From Chiloscyllium plagiosum (Eukaryota), in assembly GCF_004010195.1 (NCBI RefSeq), contig NC_057719.1, positions 37,562,704-37,614,206 of the forward strand: a DNA stretch of 51,503 nt, given 5' to 3'. This document shows, piece by piece, positions 48,467-51,503 of the stretch. The first letter of the stretch is position 1. Each line of letters begins with the position of its first letter. Both the position numbers and the translations under genes were made by a program. The notes under the pieces are model-generated. The model saw only the letters and a program-made list of their open reading frames with translations. It was not told the origin of the DNA and searched no databases.

Positions 48467-49462
48467 CTTCCTTTGAAAGTTGTGTCACAGGTGCACAGGG
48501 TGGTTAAGAAGGTGTTGGGCATCCTTGCTTTCATTGCTCAGACCACTGAATACAGTGGTCGGCACGGTGGCAGTGGGCGGCACGGTGGCACAGTGGTTAG
48601 CACTGCTGCCTCACAGCGCCAGAGACCCGGGTTCAATTCCCGCCTCAGGCGACTGACTGTGTGGAGTTTGCACGTTCTCCCCGTGTCTGCGTGGGTTTCC
48701 TCCAGGTGCTCCGGTTTCCTCCCACAGTCCAAAGATGTGCAGGTCAGATGAATTGGCCATGCTAAATTGCCCGTAGTGTTAGGTAAGGGGTAAATGTAGG
48801 GGTATGGGTGGGTTTCGCTTCGGCGGGTCGGTGTGGACTTGTAGGGCCGAAGGGCCTGTTTCCACACTGTAATCTAATCTAATCTAATCTACAGGAATTG
48901 GAATGTCAAGTTGCAGTAGTACAGAACGTTGGTGAGGCTACGTTTGGAGCATTGTATGCAGTTCTGGTTGCCCTGCTGTAGGAAGGTTATTATTAAATTG
49001 GAGAGGGTTCAGAAAAGATTTACAAGGACGTTACCGGGACTAGAAAGTTTGAATTAAAGGATAGGCTGGAATCTTTTTCAATGGAGTAGAGGAGGTGACC
49101 TTGCAGAGCTTTATAAAATCATGAGAAATGAGATGAATAACAAAGGTCTTTTCTCACGGGTGGCTGAGTTCAAAACTATAGGGCATACTTTTAGAATAAG
49201 TGGAGAAAAATTTAAAAGGGACCTGAGGGGCAGCTCTTTCATACAGAGGGTGGTTCATGTGGGGAATGAACTGCCAGAAAAAGTAATAGATGCAGGTACA
49301 GTTACAACATTTAAAAGACATTTGGATATGTACATGAATAGGAAAGGTTCAGAGAGATGTGGGCCAAATGCAGGCAAGTGGGACTAGTTTAGTTTGAGAA
49401 ACTTGGTCACCATGGGCTGGTTGGACCAAAGGATCTGTTTCTGTGTTGTGTGACTCTATGAC
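48467..49462 (+). mobile_element. 5'-truncated CR1 3' part
   Basis: LKVVSQVHRVVKKVLGILAFI, RTLVRLRLEHCMQFW and FKRHLDMYMN, with a tgactctatgact tail. Confidence 0.9.
48575..48890 (+). mobile_element. Young HE1-type SINE inserted in CR1
   Basis: CpG-rich full copy with an (aatct)4 tail, flanked by tacag at 48551-48555 and 48890-48894. Confidence 0.96.
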
Positions 49463-50117
49463 TTTTTCAGCACCATCCTCTGCGCAACTCTGTCAACAGG
49501 ACCTCAAGGTGCCTGTCAGAAAACTGTGGTGCCAACTTACCATTCTCAGTCATCTCTTCTCAGTCCTCAGTAACAGGCAGGGAAGCTGCCAGATACCAGC
49601 ATTTCTATAGGTACACAGTAGGCTTTTCAAGATGATGTGGACACAAAAGGATGTTGGTCTGAGGGTGGATATCTAGAGTGTAACAAGTTGGTGCATGGTG
49701 TGATAGTGCGGAAATCAGATATAGAGGTGGCAATAGTAATGCATGCAGTGGGTTTTGGTAAGACATAGCGAGATACCTCATTCATCCTCATGGTGAGAAT
49801 CAGTCCACCAAACACAACACAACTTACACTTAGCCAAAAAACTTCATGATGTGTATAATTGTAACCATGTCAGTATTAAATGGGGCAAATAAATTTCAAG
49901 ACATGGGTCTCACATGAAGCCAACCCTTTGTGGAATGTAATACATGGTTAATATAAGTATAATACAAGGTGCATCATGGTATCTACAGTAGTGACTAACT
50001 GCTAGCCATGATAGACAATGGCTTGTTGGTCCAAGGGTACAATTCTTGCTTAGGATATTGTATGTTGTAGTCACGTAAATGTTCCTTGGTTCAAATCCCA
50101 AATGAGCCCTGATTTCT

Positions 50118-50338
50118 GGGTGGTGAGTGTCTGGAACAGGCTGTCAGAAGTAGTGGTGAAAGTGAATACAATTTCATCATCTAAAAGAATTTAGATAGGT
50201 ACGGGGATGGGGTAGATACAAAGGGATATGAACTAAACACAGGCAAATGGGATTAGTTTAATTGTGAAAATTGGATGGCATGAGCAAGTTGGGCCAAAGG
50301 GCCTGTTTCCATGCTGTAAACCTGTATGACTCTATGAC
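50118..50338 (+). mobile_element. CR1 3'-end fragment
   Basis: gggtggtgagtgtctggaacaggctg...gggcctgtttccatgctgtaaacctgtatgactctatgac. Confidence 0.8.
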
Positions 50339-50734
50339 AGCGAGTCGTTGGCAGTAAGTGAATGCTAAAGACTGGCAAGGTGAAAGCAGAATAAAACGTC
50401 TTCCTCCCAAGTGATCCACGAACCTGAGTTCAGAGCTCAAGTCATAGCTACCACTAAGACAAGTGTGCTCCATCAAAAACTAAAGATTACAAACTGAAGC
50501 ACACGAAGAACTCTAGCTTTCTCTCGAGTAAAAAATAACGTAGGTTATAGGAAACTCAAGGCAGCCATGATTTTTAAAAAGGGCAGCTTAGAAGTGTTGA
50601 CAGGAAGCTCACATTAAAAAGAAGTCTTGGAGTGAAAGTAGAAATAAAAACCAACAAAATACCATTTTACATATGAAAAGGTTTACCTGTTCAGTCATCT
50701 GTTGGTTTTACCATCTTGACCTGGGAAAAGGTGT

Positions 50735-51503
50735 GAAAGGATAGAAAGGGAGGGAAGAGAGGAGGGGAAGTGGCATTTTTGATAAGGGATAGCATTACAC
50801 CTGTGTTGAGGGAGGATATTCCTGGAAATACATCCTGGGAAGTTATTTGGGTGGAACTGAGAAATAAGAAAGGGATGATCACCTTATTGGGATTGTATTA
50901 TAGACAGCCCAATAGTCAGAGGGAAATTGAGAAACAAACTTGTAAGGAGATCTCAGCTATCTGTAAGAATAATAGGTTAGTTATGGCAGGGGATTTTAAC
51001 TTTCCAAACATCGACTGGGACTGCCATAGTGTTAAAGGTTTAGATGGAAAGGAATTTCTTAAGTGTGTACAAGACAATTTTCTGATTCAGTATGTGGATG
51101 TACCTACTAGAGAAAGTGCAAAACTTGACCTACGCTTGGGAAATAAGGCAGGGCAGGTGACTGAGGTGTCAGTGTGGGAGCATTTTGGGCCAGCGACCAT
51201 AATTCTATTTGTTTTAAAATAGTGACGAAAAAGGATAGACCAGATCTAAAAATTGAAGTTCTAAATTGGAGAAAAGCCAATTTTGACAGTATTAGGCAAG
51301 AACTATAGAAAGCTGATTGGAGGCAGATGTTCGCAGGTAAAGGGACGGCTGGAAAATGGGAAGCCTTCAGAAATGAGATAACCAGAATCCAGAGAAAGTA
51401 TATTCCTGTCAGGGTGAAAGGGAAGGCTGGTAGGTATAGGGAATGCTGGATGACTAAAGAAATTGAGGGTTTGGTTAAGAAAAAGAAGGAAACATATGTC
51501 AGG
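50735..51503 (+). mobile_element. CR1 (HER1-like) ORF2 endonuclease region, running off the window end
   Basis: Colinear with 40245-41610 without the PLE insertion. Peptides GLYYRQPN, AGDFNFPNIDW and PTRESAKLDL. Confidence 0.95.

Larger units (their letters stand above)
48100..49845 (-). mobile_element. Harbinger-like Myb/SANT remnant interrupted by CR1 and HE1
   Basis: Minus strand cttgaggtcctgttgacagagttgcgc (LEVLLTELR) at ~49480-49510, a donor-like gggtaagtg at ~48333-48341, and an end motif shared with ~2600. Confidence 0.35.

Overview
This is repeat-dense, CpG-poor vertebrate DNA, almost certainly from an elasmobranch (shark or ray), because it carries multiple HE1-type SINEs and HER1/CR1-type LINEs. 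It is intronic or intergenic. I see no intact protein-coding gene, and nearly all listed ORFs are transposon debris or chance ORFs. Main contents: (1) a near full-length, inactivated CR1 LINE (~38.45-43.52 kb) and several truncated CR1s; (2) a 3' part of an L1/Tx1-clade LINE; (3) two decayed Penelope-like element (PLE) RT/GIY-YIG bodies; (4) seven HE1-type SINEs plus other tRNA/Deu SINEs; (5) Harbinger-like Myb/SANT remnants and LTR-like segments; (6) a 22-bp minisatellite spanning an assembly gap. The strongest non-obvious signal is a set of about a dozen short PLE-derived insertions from at least four sequence families. Several have 12-17 bp target-site duplications and fold-back structure. 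They carry a minimal hammerhead-ribozyme core (CUGANGA-N-stem II-GAAA-palindromic ACGU/AGCU-H) with covarying stem II. There is also one candidate short first coding exon on the minus strand (MSDCEGLTL|gtaagt). Hammerheads in PLE repeats are already known in general, so I cannot claim a truly undescribed system from this sequence alone. All family names come from recognition by eye, not from database searches.
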